The notes under the pieces were generated by a model. The model did no database searches, was not told the origin of the DNA, and was given only the letters and a program-made list of their open reading frames with translations. The translations under genes were made by a program, and so were the position numbers. 64,000 nt of DNA from a virus (Duplodnaviria > Caudoviricetes), in IMG/VR virus record IMGVR_UViG_3300021400_000080, positions 1-64,000 of that record. One strand, 5' to 3'. Below are positions 54,471 through 63,669 of the stretch, piece after piece; within the stretch, counting starts at the first letter, position 1; each line of letters begins with the position of its first letter.

Positions 54471-54836
54471 ATGGTGTATAGCATCGAGACATATTCAATG
54501 GGGGATAGGAAGTTCATCGTACTTAGAGACGATATAAAGACCATCAAGACCGCAAGGATTTTAGCATGCAGATATGCTAAAGAATACAGTAAGGTTGCAA
54601 TCTACCCCGCACGCAAAAGCGATCTTCAAAAATTCGGACAAAAAGTTTTCACGGAAGGAGCATTTGCGAAAGAGGAAATCTATTATAACAGGTCGAAAGC
54701 GTGTTATATCTCTGAAAAAAAGGAAGAGATCCTCGATGGAAAAAAGGGTTACAGTCCCATTGTCAATAAGTATTACAAGGTCAATGGAAGAACAGGGGAG
54801 ATCACACTTATTGAAGAATATCGCAAAAAATGGTAA
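54471..54836 (+). CDS. Small basic protein (paralog family)
   Basis: IKTIKTARILAC; ends YKVNGRTGEI. Confidence 0.7.
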   Translation: MVYSIETYSMGDRKFIVLRDDIKTIKTARILACRYAKEYSKVAIYPARKSDLQKFGQKVFTEGAFAKEEIYYNRSKACYISEKKEEILDGKKGYSPIVNKYYKVNGRTGEITLIEEYRKKW

Positions 54837-54853
54837 ACTATCGAGGTGATGAT

Positions 54854-55207
54854 ATGGCATATTACGTCCGTAATGCTAAATGGTGGAACAGGGAGAGCAA
54901 AAGCGAATACACATCCTACTCTACGCTTTCGGAGGCGAGGGTTGCAGCGGCCCGTCTCCTATCCCACGAATACTATGACGGAGAGAGTGTTCCGATCTAC
55001 ATCAAGAAAAGCAACAGATATTCCATCTATGCTTTCGTCCGTGAGGTCATTGGATCTTACGAGGGAGAGGATGAGGACATTCCTGTGGGTTCATCCAAAT
55101 TCGTATATCGTACCGCTTCCGGAACGGAATGTCTCATGTCCAAATCGGGTGAGTTGGGCAAGACCAGATGGAGATCGTGGTTCAAACTCGAATATCCGAG
55201 ACACTGA
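54854..55207 (+). CDS. Small basic protein (paralog family)
   Basis: YSTLSEARVAAARLL. Confidence 0.7.
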   Translation: MAYYVRNAKWWNRESKSEYTSYSTLSEARVAAARLLSHEYYDGESVPIYIKKSNRYSIYAFVREVIGSYEGEDEDIPVGSSKFVYRTASGTECLMSKSGELGKTRWRSWFKLEYPRH

Positions 55208-55220
55208 AAGGCGAAACAAG

Positions 55221-55556
55221 ATGGCTGGATGTGAGGACGTTTTGGAGAAGATCGTTAAGCCGGGGTATTTGGAGATTCCGTCCCTGGATGCCTACGTTGA
55301 GGTCACGGGCGATGATGATTTCGATGATGAATATCTTAGCGTGACCCTTGGCGGGTGGATCTCGTTCCTATTCACAAGGGACGGTTCCAGATGTATCGAG
55401 ATATGGGACATCCATACCGGGGAGGAAACGATCTTCGAGGAGGATGAGGTCGGGGATGCCATAAAGGAATGGTATTCGGCCGCATACGAGAAGAGGGTAT
55501 TGCCGACTCTCCGTGAGTTCTTGAAGGGGGAAAAGAATGAAGATACCCAACAGTGA
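55221..55556 (+). CDS. Acidic hypothetical protein
   Basis: 111 aa. Confidence 0.65.
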   Translation: MAGCEDVLEKIVKPGYLEIPSLDAYVEVTGDDDFDDEYLSVTLGGWISFLFTRDGSRCIEIWDIHTGEETIFEEDEVGDAIKEWYSAAYEKRVLPTLREFLKGEKNEDTQQ

Positions 55557-55845
55557 AGCGCGTTTGATGATCGGGAAAAGGGTACTCTACGAGGTCTGCC
55601 GTACCGTGCAGGCAGAGGTAAGGCACGAAGGGGATAATGTCAAGGCATATCATTACTTCTACTCCGATCGGGATTCCGCTATCGCCAAGTATGATGAGCT
55701 GTGCTGCAAATATCCGTATCCGAAGTCCAGACATATCACGTTGAAGAGATGGAATACATCAGGGATGCTCGTTACCGACATCTATACGAACAGATTTCTT
55801 CATAACGACGGCAAGACGTACCGTGATGTTTCGAAACTGAAATGA
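55537..55845 (+). CDS. Hypothetical protein
   Basis: 102 aa. Confidence 0.6.
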   Translation: MKIPNSEARLMIGKRVLYEVCRTVQAEVRHEGDNVKAYHYFYSDRDSAIAKYDELCCKYPYPKSRHITLKRWNTSGMLVTDIYTNRFLHNDGKTYRDVSKLK

Positions 55846-55893
55846 TCGTTTTAAACCCCTTCTTTTTTTATATGATGATTCGGATTATTTATT

Positions 55894-56250
55894 ATGTCCA
55901 AAACATCGAAAGTCCACGGACCTTATTATCTGGAGTACAAGGGATGGAGTGGCGGTTACAAACCCGTCAGGGATGCCAAGACACCCGGATATGCGACACA
56001 GTACAAGACCATCACCGAGGCGAGGAAGAAGGCGGTCCTCTTCATCAAGCACAACTCCTGCCAGTTGGTCGGGATTCAGGGAGAGGTCGGCAAGAGGACA
56101 TACGGCCGCGATGGGAGGCCCATCGTCCAGGGCGGCACCGCCGGTATCGTGGAGAGGGAGTACGACGGATACACGTTCATCTACCGCGACTACAATTCCG
56201 GCAATACCTACCGTATCAACAAGGACGGATCGGTCAAGAAGATGGAGTGA
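55894..56250 (+). CDS. Small basic protein (paralog family)
   Basis: YKTITEARKKA; ends YRINKDGSV. Confidence 0.75.
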   Translation: MSKTSKVHGPYYLEYKGWSGGYKPVRDAKTPGYATQYKTITEARKKAVLFIKHNSCQLVGIQGEVGKRTYGRDGRPIVQGGTAGIVEREYDGYTFIYRDYNSGNTYRINKDGSVKKME

Positions 56251-56255
56251 GAGAT

Positions 56256-56972
56256 ATGGGAAGATTCACAGTCAAGATCGGCGGCGAGGAAAAGGTATTC
56301 AAGGATGCCGACAACCTCCGCAGATACGTTATGCGTTACGGAGACAAGACCAAGAGATATACCTATCAGGGAGAGGGCGGTCAGTTCATTGACGGCTATG
56401 GGGTCATGTATTACACGCAGAAGGACGGTTGGAAAGTCAAACTCAAGACCGGAAGCATATATCAGATTGACAGAAGGTCTGGAGAGATTTTCGAGGGTGG
56501 CAGATACACAGTCAGGATGGCAGGAAAGGGTGAGTCAAATCCTCGCATCTTCTCTACTGATGATTTCTCCGATGCGATCAACAAGGCAATCACTCAGTAT
56601 GCCCGGAACCGTGGAAGAAAAGTCTATATCTACGATAAGGACAAGAAACTCGGACGTATCGGAGAGAGAAGCGGATACGCAACGTGGATAGACCACAAGA
56701 CCAAGAGAACGACATCGTTCAAGGATGATGATTACGAAGTGCCGAGGAAACCCGCCGGACTTACCCCCAAGCAGCCCGGTTGGATCATCGCCGGCAGGAG
56801 AGCCGGAAGCAAGGGCGCGTTCAAATACTTCTCCGGAGAGTCATTCGCGGCCAAGAAGTATGCGATGGTATGGCCTTACAACAAGTACGAACAGGCAGAG
56901 AAAACCATCGAGGAGCTGCGCTGGTACGGTGAGTATGAACATTACGAGTTCAAGATCGTAAGAGAGTCTTGA
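56256..56972 (+). CDS. Basic protein with three tandem family-like domains
   Basis: FKDADNLRRY, FSDAINKAITQY, YEQAEKTIEEL. Confidence 0.7.
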   Translation: MGRFTVKIGGEEKVFKDADNLRRYVMRYGDKTKRYTYQGEGGQFIDGYGVMYYTQKDGWKVKLKTGSIYQIDRRSGEIFEGGRYTVRMAGKGESNPRIFSTDDFSDAINKAITQYARNRGRKVYIYDKDKKLGRIGERSGYATWIDHKTKRTTSFKDDDYEVPRKPAGLTPKQPGWIIAGRRAGSKGAFKYFSGESFAAKKYAMVWPYNKYEQAEKTIEELRWYGEYEHYEFKIVRES

Positions 56973-56992
56973 TTTCGGAAAGGTGTCCAAAT

Positions 56993-57349
56993 ATGGCAGA
57001 ATATCAGTTCAGACTGGAACAGTGGGTTCTACATTCTGTTAAGAACAGTCGTGGATACTACGATTACACATCGGAATACACCCCCATCGGTAAGATGTCC
57101 AAGAAGTATAAGTCTCTTCAAGAGTGCCGTGCCGCTGCCCGGAAGTATCTTATCGACAATAAGATCTCGTCAGGCACATCAAGTCCGAGGAAAGTGGCCG
57201 TCATCTATCTCAATGGGAAAAAGAGTACCGGGTACGATCTGGTATGTTATGGTGGTATGGTCTTGCTTTTCGGAGCATCGGGCGAGACGGTCGTTTCCGA
57301 GAACGGCAACACGTTCAAATTGAGGACATTCGGTGGAATGTATCACTGA
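56993..57349 (+). CDS. Small basic protein (paralog family)
   Basis: YKSLQECRAAARKYL. Confidence 0.7.
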   Translation: MAEYQFRLEQWVLHSVKNSRGYYDYTSEYTPIGKMSKKYKSLQECRAAARKYLIDNKISSGTSSPRKVAVIYLNGKKSTGYDLVCYGGMVLLFGASGETVVSENGNTFKLRTFGGMYH

Positions 57350-57398
57350 TTGGGAATTGATGGGATTTCCTTAAATACCCAATGTCCGATTCTATCTA

Positions 57399-57460
57399 TG
57401 CCGTCCTTGAAGGATGGGTCAGGGACGGCAATCCGATAGTAGCGATCGTGTCACTTTTCC
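57399..57460 (+). ncRNA. Putative small structured RNA 1
   Basis: TTAAATA box at 57371; 12-bp stem 57399-57410/57419-57430 (one G-U); T-tract at about 57455. Confidence 0.4.
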
Positions 57461-57520
57461 TATGCACCTCTCCCATCCGCTTATCACACTTTTATATACC
57501 CCGACACGGATTCATAATAC

Positions 57521-57650
57521 GGAGGATAGCCGCGGTCCGTCTCCTCCTAACGCAGTCCGAACATCAGACGGCCGCGCGACGAGGGTTCCTTGTAGCCACG
57601 ATGCCGGGTCCCGAAGTCGGTCATTTCGCCCGGCATCAACACTTTTCTTT
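57521..57650 (+). ncRNA. Putative small structured RNA 2
   Basis: TTTATATA at about 57491; GGAGGA/TCCTCC, CGCGGTCCGTCT/AGACGGCCGCG and GATGCCGGG/CCCGGCATC stems; T-tract. Confidence 0.45.
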
Positions 57651-57677
57651 TTATATAGCCATTCTAATTTATGAACT

Positions 57678-58031
57678 ATGCCGCCATCGTCGATTCGCAG
57701 ATTCAAACCTTCGACATTCTATTTCTACGACTATCCCCACAACGGAGATATGATATACGTCCTCAAGAGGGAACTTGTGAAATCCAGTCCGGACACTTGG
57801 CGCATCACATTCGTGGATACGGACAATTATTTTGACGAAGAAGATGGAATGATGCGTATCACAAGCGCAACCGTAAGTCTGGCAGATTATGGGTATTACA
57901 TTACCGAAGTGTTGAACAGCCATAGGGTTTCTGCAACCAGAAGTATGTCCAATAAGGACAGTTACTACAAACCTTTCAAAAAGCACGTTCAGTCTTTTTT
58001 AAAGCGTTCTAAAGCGAAAGGCAAGTATTAA
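57678..58031 (+). CDS. Hypothetical basic protein
   Basis: 117 aa, own TATA and terminator. Confidence 0.7.
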   Translation: MPPSSIRRFKPSTFYFYDYPHNGDMIYVLKRELVKSSPDTWRITFVDTDNYFDEEDGMMRITSATVSLADYGYYITEVLNSHRVSATRSMSNKDSYYKPFKKHVQSFLKRSKAKGKY

Positions 58032-58084
58032 TCTGATAAACAACCCCCCATCTATGATGGGGGGAAAGGGGATAATACATACTA

Positions 58085-58720
58085 TCAATCGTTCTTGAGG
58101 ATCACATACAAGAACACGTTTTGCGCGGTCCTTCCGCTGCCGTCATCGTAGTGTGCAGTAATGGATATGTCCACAACTCCGTCAGCGGAATAATACCAGC
58201 CGTCATGATCCACGACATCCTTGAAGTTGGATCTGTTCCACTGTTCCGTGCCGTCGATGTAGTGGCAGAGATACCTGTTGAATCCGCTTAGCTGCGTGTT
58301 CGCACCATAGGAATGGGAACTGGACTGACCGTTGATGATCACATTGTCAATATCCACATAGGTCACTATACGGTAGTCCTCCCCGTTGTATATCCTTATC
58401 ACGAACGGGGTGTTCTCCGGGATGCTCAATGCGACATTCACATTCCCGTCGGAGTCTGCGATACCTCCGTTGGCATTGTCCTTACTGGATATGGTTATCA
58501 TGTCGTATTCGACCCCTTTATAGGTTGTGGAACCGCCCTCCGTGTTATAATCGGGGGTAGAAGGGTCAATCGTTATGGGGATGTTCGAGGATATGTACGT
58601 CACGGAGATCGTGTTGCCGTCTATCGTGGTGACGGACGTAATAGGAAGTGCGGAGACGATTGTGACGGGAACGAGCAGCAAGGCGGTCAGAAGAACACAT
58701 GCGACGATTCCTTTTCTCAT
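58085..58720 (-). CDS. Secreted beta-rich protein
   Basis: Signal peptide; T..T..NT. motif shared with the neighbour. Confidence 0.7.
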   Translation of the reverse strand: MRKGIVACVLLTALLLVPVTIVSALPITSVTTIDGNTISVTYISSNIPITIDPSTPDYNTEGGSTTYKGVEYDMITISSKDNANGGIADSDGNVNVALSIPENTPFVIRIYNGEDYRIVTYVDIDNVIINGQSSSHSYGANTQLSGFNRYLCHYIDGTEQWNRSNFKDVVDHDGWYYSADGVVDISITAHYDDGSGRTAQNVFLYVILKND

Positions 58721-58771
58721 TCCTTCGTCCTCCGAGATAGAATAGATGGGGTCCGAGGACCCCTAAAGGGT

Positions 58772-59407
58772 TTAAGGTTCGGGGATCTCCGCAACGAATG
58801 TGAAGATACTGCCGGGGTTCTGTGCATCCTGGTAGTTGGTGAATCCGAGGGTAGCACCGGGGTTGGTGTCGATGGACTGCGCCTGTGCGTTGGTATACGC
58901 AACGTAGAGTTCAACATCGTATTCCGTGGAGAGGGCAAGACTCGTGAAGAGCCATCCCGACTGGCCGCGGTCGTTGTGTGCCTGGTATGTGGCAACTTCG
59001 CTGCCGACGGTCATGATGTAGTCCAGTCCGGTAACGGGGGTGAACAGGGTGCAGGTGACGAACAGGTCGAAAGAGGACCCGACATCGCCCGTGGGGGTGA
59101 CGGTGAAGGATATGGCATCCGTGTTGGAGATCTTCGCACATGCCTTTCCGTCCACGGTATTGTCCGTGTTCAGTTTGTATGTGATGGTCTGCGTGTTCCC
59201 GGCGGGTCCATTGACAACGGTGTCGAATTTCGCGCTGCCCAGGAAGTCGGACGTGTCGGTCGCAGAGATGACGATGTACTCGTTGTCGAGAGTGTTGTCC
59301 GTGACATCCGTCTGCGACTTGATGAGATATGCGGCAGTGACCGATCCGGCAGTGAACAGAATCACGAACAGGACAACGGCCACGATAGCGGTTGTTTTCT
59401 TGATCAT
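58772..59407 (-). CDS. Secreted protein with TasA/SipW-substrate-like N-terminus
   Basis: ...GSVTAAYLIKSQTDVTDNTL. Confidence 0.65.
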   Translation of the reverse strand: MIKKTTAIVAVVLFVILFTAGSVTAAYLIKSQTDVTDNTLDNEYIVISATDTSDFLGSAKFDTVVNGPAGNTQTITYKLNTDNTVDGKACAKISNTDAISFTVTPTGDVGSSFDLFVTCTLFTPVTGLDYIMTVGSEVATYQAHNDRGQSGWLFTSLALSTEYDVELYVAYTNAQAQSIDTNPGATLGFTNYQDAQNPGSIFTFVAEIPEP

Positions 59408-59523
59408 AGAGATACCTCTTGTCAGCAGTCTGACATATTACAATCTGTGTGAGGGATTAAAAGCATATCCCAACAATCCCCATTTCCGCAATCCTTTTTA
59501 TTCCCTCCCTCCCATACTTATTC

Positions 59524-61383
59524 ATGGAACAGAATGTTCTTATTACGAAAATGATAGGGATAATCGTTGCCGTTATCGTGGCAGCGGTTGTCCTTGTACC
59601 GATATGCAACTCCCTGACCGAAGGGAACGGGGGTAGCGGAGGAGGAGGAGTAACAGGGATTCAGGTTGCCAATCCCAACTATGTTTCCCCCTCCGTATTC
59701 ATGACAGATGAGATAGGTTGGACGGCTATGACAAATACGGATATGGAGGCATATTTCCCCACATCCGGAGATTACATCGAAGGATATTCCAATATCGTAT
59801 CCGGGAGGAACAAGATCGCATTTGTAGATGATATTTCCATGACCGAATGTACCCTTACCTATTGGAACAGATACCTTGATTCAAGCAGTAATGGTAATCC
59901 TATATGGTATATCTCATTCCCCGGACAGGTGGAAGGATTCGGAGATGCGTCCTCTTGGAGTCTTTCGTCCGATGGTAATATCACGATAACCTACAAGGTT
60001 TCAGGAATGTCGAATTATACCACAAAAACATTCAAGGCATTGTATCTATGGTATGATGCTCCCACGGGTAATTACCACAACCTTAGTGGTATCACATACG
60101 ATCAGAATCTTGAAAAACTCGGAGGTTTCGCTGGTGTCGGTGATTACATCGGAATATCCGGACAAGTCCAGAGTCAGTATAACCCCGGAATGTTACCGTT
60201 CGTATATATGGGTCAGATTCCTGAAAGCATGAATGTATCCATATCATACACGGACTATCAGTTCGATCAAGCCACTGAAACTATCACCCCTATCCCGTCC
60301 ACGGCCAATATCGACCTGACGGCTATATCCTACTCGGTTCAGTTGGAGGATGGCAGATACTATTTCCCTACTGCGTTCGCGGTTGCTCCGACCTATACGT
60401 TCGAGGGTCACTACGAGGATCGTGTCATGACACTGGATTGGATAAAACAGAAAATGTCGGAGGACGATGGTCTATGGGGATTCGATTATTCTGATGCACC
60501 GGGATACGAGGATACTATCCTATGTTTCAACGGGTTCGGTAAGATCGGGACGATGGCGCAGTATTGGGTCTATCCTACGGACGGTCAATGGAGTGAAGGC
60601 AGAATGGAACGTGTAGCCACTACCGCAGCGGATTTCGCTATGGTTTTCGACAATGGTTATGGAACCGGATGCCTTTTGCAGATTGAACGTGAAAAAGAAG
60701 TAGGTAGTGAGACTTGGAGTTATCAGGGTCTTGAGATAACAGAGGATATTGTATTGGGTGAGGTCAATATCAGTTCTTACGACACTGCATATCTCTCGAA
60801 AGCGAATATGGGGAATGTGATGTACTATCGTGATACATTCATGAACAATCAGTTTACAGGACAGTATATCGCGCAGTTCTCGGAAAATGCTAACGGATTT
60901 TGGCTCATTCCTAATTCGGAGGTCATATCGGATGAGGATTTCGATTGGAGCAGTGTTCCTGAAGATTTCCTTATCCCCAATCCCGTATCGTGGGAAACCG
61001 CGCTTGCTAACAACCCAATAACCATAACAAATCTGGCGGTAAAGGATGCTATCTACCCCTATTATGATTTCATCCTTGATAATACAGGAAAGGCATACAT
61101 GTTTGAATCTCCTTCTTCGGAGTATGAGCGTCAGGGACCCGAATACAATGAAGTTGCAATTTGGACACCTGGAACGTCTCCGTTGAATTGTGCAATACCC
61201 ATGTCATACGATTATAGGGTACTCGCAGCCGGAGAGGGGGATTCGTCTAATGGCGGCGGTTCTTCGGGAGGTAACGACCTCGGAGTAGCCGGAACGATCA
61301 TCGGCATCATCCCCGTGTTCGTGATACTCGCCATCCTAATGGGAGCTGCCGGACTGTTCTACCAGAACCGTAAGACGATCTGA
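59524..61383 (+). CDS. Capsid-like hairpin with a ~540 aa inserted passenger domain
   Basis: KMIGIIVAVIVAAVVLVPICN + GNGGSGGGG ... NGGGSSGG + GTIIGIIPVFVILAILMG. Confidence 0.8.
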   Translation: MEQNVLITKMIGIIVAVIVAAVVLVPICNSLTEGNGGSGGGGVTGIQVANPNYVSPSVFMTDEIGWTAMTNTDMEAYFPTSGDYIEGYSNIVSGRNKIAFVDDISMTECTLTYWNRYLDSSSNGNPIWYISFPGQVEGFGDASSWSLSSDGNITITYKVSGMSNYTTKTFKALYLWYDAPTGNYHNLSGITYDQNLEKLGGFAGVGDYIGISGQVQSQYNPGMLPFVYMGQIPESMNVSISYTDYQFDQATETITPIPSTANIDLTAISYSVQLEDGRYYFPTAFAVAPTYTFEGHYEDRVMTLDWIKQKMSEDDGLWGFDYSDAPGYEDTILCFNGFGKIGTMAQYWVYPTDGQWSEGRMERVATTAADFAMVFDNGYGTGCLLQIEREKEVGSETWSYQGLEITEDIVLGEVNISSYDTAYLSKANMGNVMYYRDTFMNNQFTGQYIAQFSENANGFWLIPNSEVISDEDFDWSSVPEDFLIPNPVSWETALANNPITITNLAVKDAIYPYYDFILDNTGKAYMFESPSSEYERQGPEYNEVAIWTPGTSPLNCAIPMSYDYRVLAAGEGDSSNGGGSSGGNDLGVAGTIIGIIPVFVILAILMGAAGLFYQNRKTI

Positions 61384-61442
61384 AACCTCTTACCCCCGAA
61401 AGGGGGTTTACTTTTTTTATATATCTATCTACATTTTCAATT

Positions 61443-61754
61443 ATGGTAAAATACTACCTATGTTACATGAAAGATGACCGTCATGGGGGTAACAATCTGA
61501 AAAAGAGTACCCTCATTGAAGTCAGCAGTATCGTGGTTGCGCGTGCAAAAGCGATAAAGTACCTAAAGGACAACATGAAGAGCAATCGGGATTATGTAGA
61601 GATTCAGAAGGTTGTCCGTAACGGGGTTAAGGATGTTTGCGAGGTCTATTTCAAGAAGGGAAATTACGTTGCCTATTATTACGATAGAAACGGTGAGATC
61701 GTCAGCAAATACCTGAATGTGAAAGGATCATTGGGTAAATCATTCTCTTATTGA
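61443..61754 (+). CDS. Small basic protein (paralog family)
   Basis: SSIVVARAKAIKYL; ends YLNVKGSLG. Confidence 0.7.
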   Translation: MVKYYLCYMKDDRHGGNNLKKSTLIEVSSIVVARAKAIKYLKDNMKSNRDYVEIQKVVRNGVKDVCEVYFKKGNYVAYYYDRNGEIVSKYLNVKGSLGKSFSY

Positions 61755-61843
61755 GATTCGAGGGGGGATTCCTCCCCCCATAAACGGTTTACTTTTTTCC
61801 TTTTTCCATAATTTATATATTCTCTACCCCCGATATTTTTATC

Positions 61844-62143
61844 ATGGTATCATACTACCTTGTCAGATATAAAAACAAGAAGAGGATCGAGGACCCCCGT
61901 GAGTTCTCTACCCTTGATGCAGCACGCAAGGCCGCGATGCGTATGGGTATTCCCGAAGGGGAAAACGTATATGTGTTCCGTTTGGTTGATTCCAAGTCCG
62001 AGGATAAGAAATTCGGGATTGTGGAAAACTACGGAGACCATTGGGTATGGGTCAAGTACGTCCCCGGTAAAGGCGGCCGTCTTTCATACCCCTCATACCC
62101 GATTTACAGAAACGGCAGTATAGGTAAAGAATTCAGATATTGA
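61844..62143 (+). CDS. Small basic protein (paralog family)
   Basis: FSTLDAARKAA; ends IYRNGSIG. Confidence 0.7.
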   Translation: MVSYYLVRYKNKKRIEDPREFSTLDAARKAAMRMGIPEGENVYVFRLVDSKSEDKKFGIVENYGDHWVWVKYVPGKGGRLSYPSYPIYRNGSIGKEFRY

Positions 62144-62169
62144 GGGGGTTCTACCCCCTCATAAACGGT

Positions 62170-63222
62170 TTAATCCTTTTTCCCGTCCTCGTTCTCCGTC
62201 CTCGGATCGCACAGCTCTTTTGCATAGCCGTCCGTGTCGAAGAAGGCGAACACATGGCCGTTGTGCTTGTTATTGAGTGTGACGAGCAGATAGGTCATCA
62301 GGAAGAACAGGAACACATTGGAGATCGCCATCACATATCCCCAAATATCCCATACCGGCTTGATCGGTTCGATGACGATATACGAAAGGACGGTACAGAG
62401 TACCGAATACCCGACCATCATCAGCAGACCGTATTTCGCACCCTCCTCATAGCGCATCGCACCGTGGAGGACCGCGCTGGACACAGGCCAATAGACGTAT
62501 GTGCGGAGCATGAAAGCACCCACGATGAAAGCGAGGAAGAACGCAACGGTCGCTCCGTCCCCGGAATCGAGATGCTTCCCGATTGTCGCAACGATGGACA
62601 GTAAGACCATCATGGAGATGAACGCGGCAGAATACCTCTTGACGTTCACATAGGTGCGATGACCGTCCCAACTGACCTCGGCCTTGCCCGGATTGGGCAG
62701 ATCCATTTCCGACCGGGACTCCATGACCTCTCTCTCGGTGAACCGCTTGATGCGGAGTTTCAGGGTTTTCTCTTTGGCTTCCCTCTCGATCCTGTCCTCG
62801 TATTTCTCTCCGTTCTTATCCTTGCGTTGGAGCATGTATACCCATACCCCGATTATCACGGTTGCAGCAAGGAGATAGAGTCCGATCTCTACCCAATCAA
62901 CGTCATCCCTTTTCATCACGTCAAGCATCGCAATAAGGAATACCGCGAACAGGATCCAATAGAATATTTTAAGGGTCAGACGGATCAACGGATGGATGTT
63001 GTCGCATCCGTTGATGAATCTGTCGGAAATCAGATTGATAAACAGTCCACAGGCCAATGCGGAGATATAGATCACATCTTCCGGGGAGTATCTCTCTCTC
63101 GGTTCCATCCATCCGTAATGGGTGCAAATGGCGATGATGGTGAATATCATGCACAGAACACTCAAATATCCGTAGTACAACAACTGAGTTGGATTCTTTT
63201 CTCTTTTTTCGTTTTCAGTCAT
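62170..63222 (-). CDS. Polytopic membrane protein
   Basis: About 9 hydrophobic helices in two blocks separated by a charged loop. Confidence 0.75.
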   Translation of the reverse strand: MTENEKREKNPTQLLYYGYLSVLCMIFTIIAICTHYGWMEPRERYSPEDVIYISALACGLFINLISDRFINGCDNIHPLIRLTLKIFYWILFAVFLIAMLDVMKRDDVDWVEIGLYLLAATVIIGVWVYMLQRKDKNGEKYEDRIEREAKEKTLKLRIKRFTEREVMESRSEMDLPNPGKAEVSWDGHRTYVNVKRYSAAFISMMVLLSIVATIGKHLDSGDGATVAFFLAFIVGAFMLRTYVYWPVSSAVLHGAMRYEEGAKYGLLMMVGYSVLCTVLSYIVIEPIKPVWDIWGYVMAISNVFLFFLMTYLLVTLNNKHNGHVFAFFDTDGYAKELCDPRTENEDGKKD

Positions 63223-63242
63223 TTTTCTCACCTTATAATCAG

Positions 63243-63653
63243 TTAGTCAGTTAGGTGCGTTACGTTCCAAATGTGGATCACTCTAAGTATAGCGTACCCT
63301 ATCAAGGGTAATGGGTAGCCGAAGGCCACGAATACGAGTCCCGCGACCGCATCCATCATATCGAACAGGGCGAGTATACTTAGAATCGCCGCGCATCCGA
63401 TCATTACGACCAGATATACATCAAGGACGGTAAGGGCGATCAGATAACGGTCTATGTATCCGTTTTTCGGCATCATCAGACATCTGCCGCCTGTCAGCAT
63501 ACCAAGAAGGATTGAGCATATCGCTATGCACCCTACGGCCAATCTTGAATCCTCCTCGTCTATCACCGATGCTATGGATAACACGATGAATCCGAATAGG
63601 AAGAAGAACAGGATCGTAACCGTTCTCTTGTCAGCGATTATCGACTTGCACAT
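63243..63653 (-). CDS. Four-TM membrane protein
   Basis: 136 aa, hydrophobic. Confidence 0.7.
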   Translation of the reverse strand: MCKSIIADKRTVTILFFFLFGFIVLSIASVIDEEDSRLAVGCIAICSILLGMLTGGRCLMMPKNGYIDRYLIALTVLDVYLVVMIGCAAILSILALFDMMDAVAGLVFVAFGYPLPLIGYAILRVIHIWNVTHLTD

Positions 63654-63669
63654 TTTTCAGCACCTATAA

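Noticed and set aside
57382-57753. 123 aa ORF across the putative ncRNA region
   Set aside because: The ATG lies about 4 nt after the TATA box, the frame crosses two further TATA/T-tract units, and the composition is not coding-like.
46122-61383. Diversity-generating retroelement targeting adhesins
   Set aside because: No reverse transcriptase and no TR/VR pair differing at adenines was noticed.
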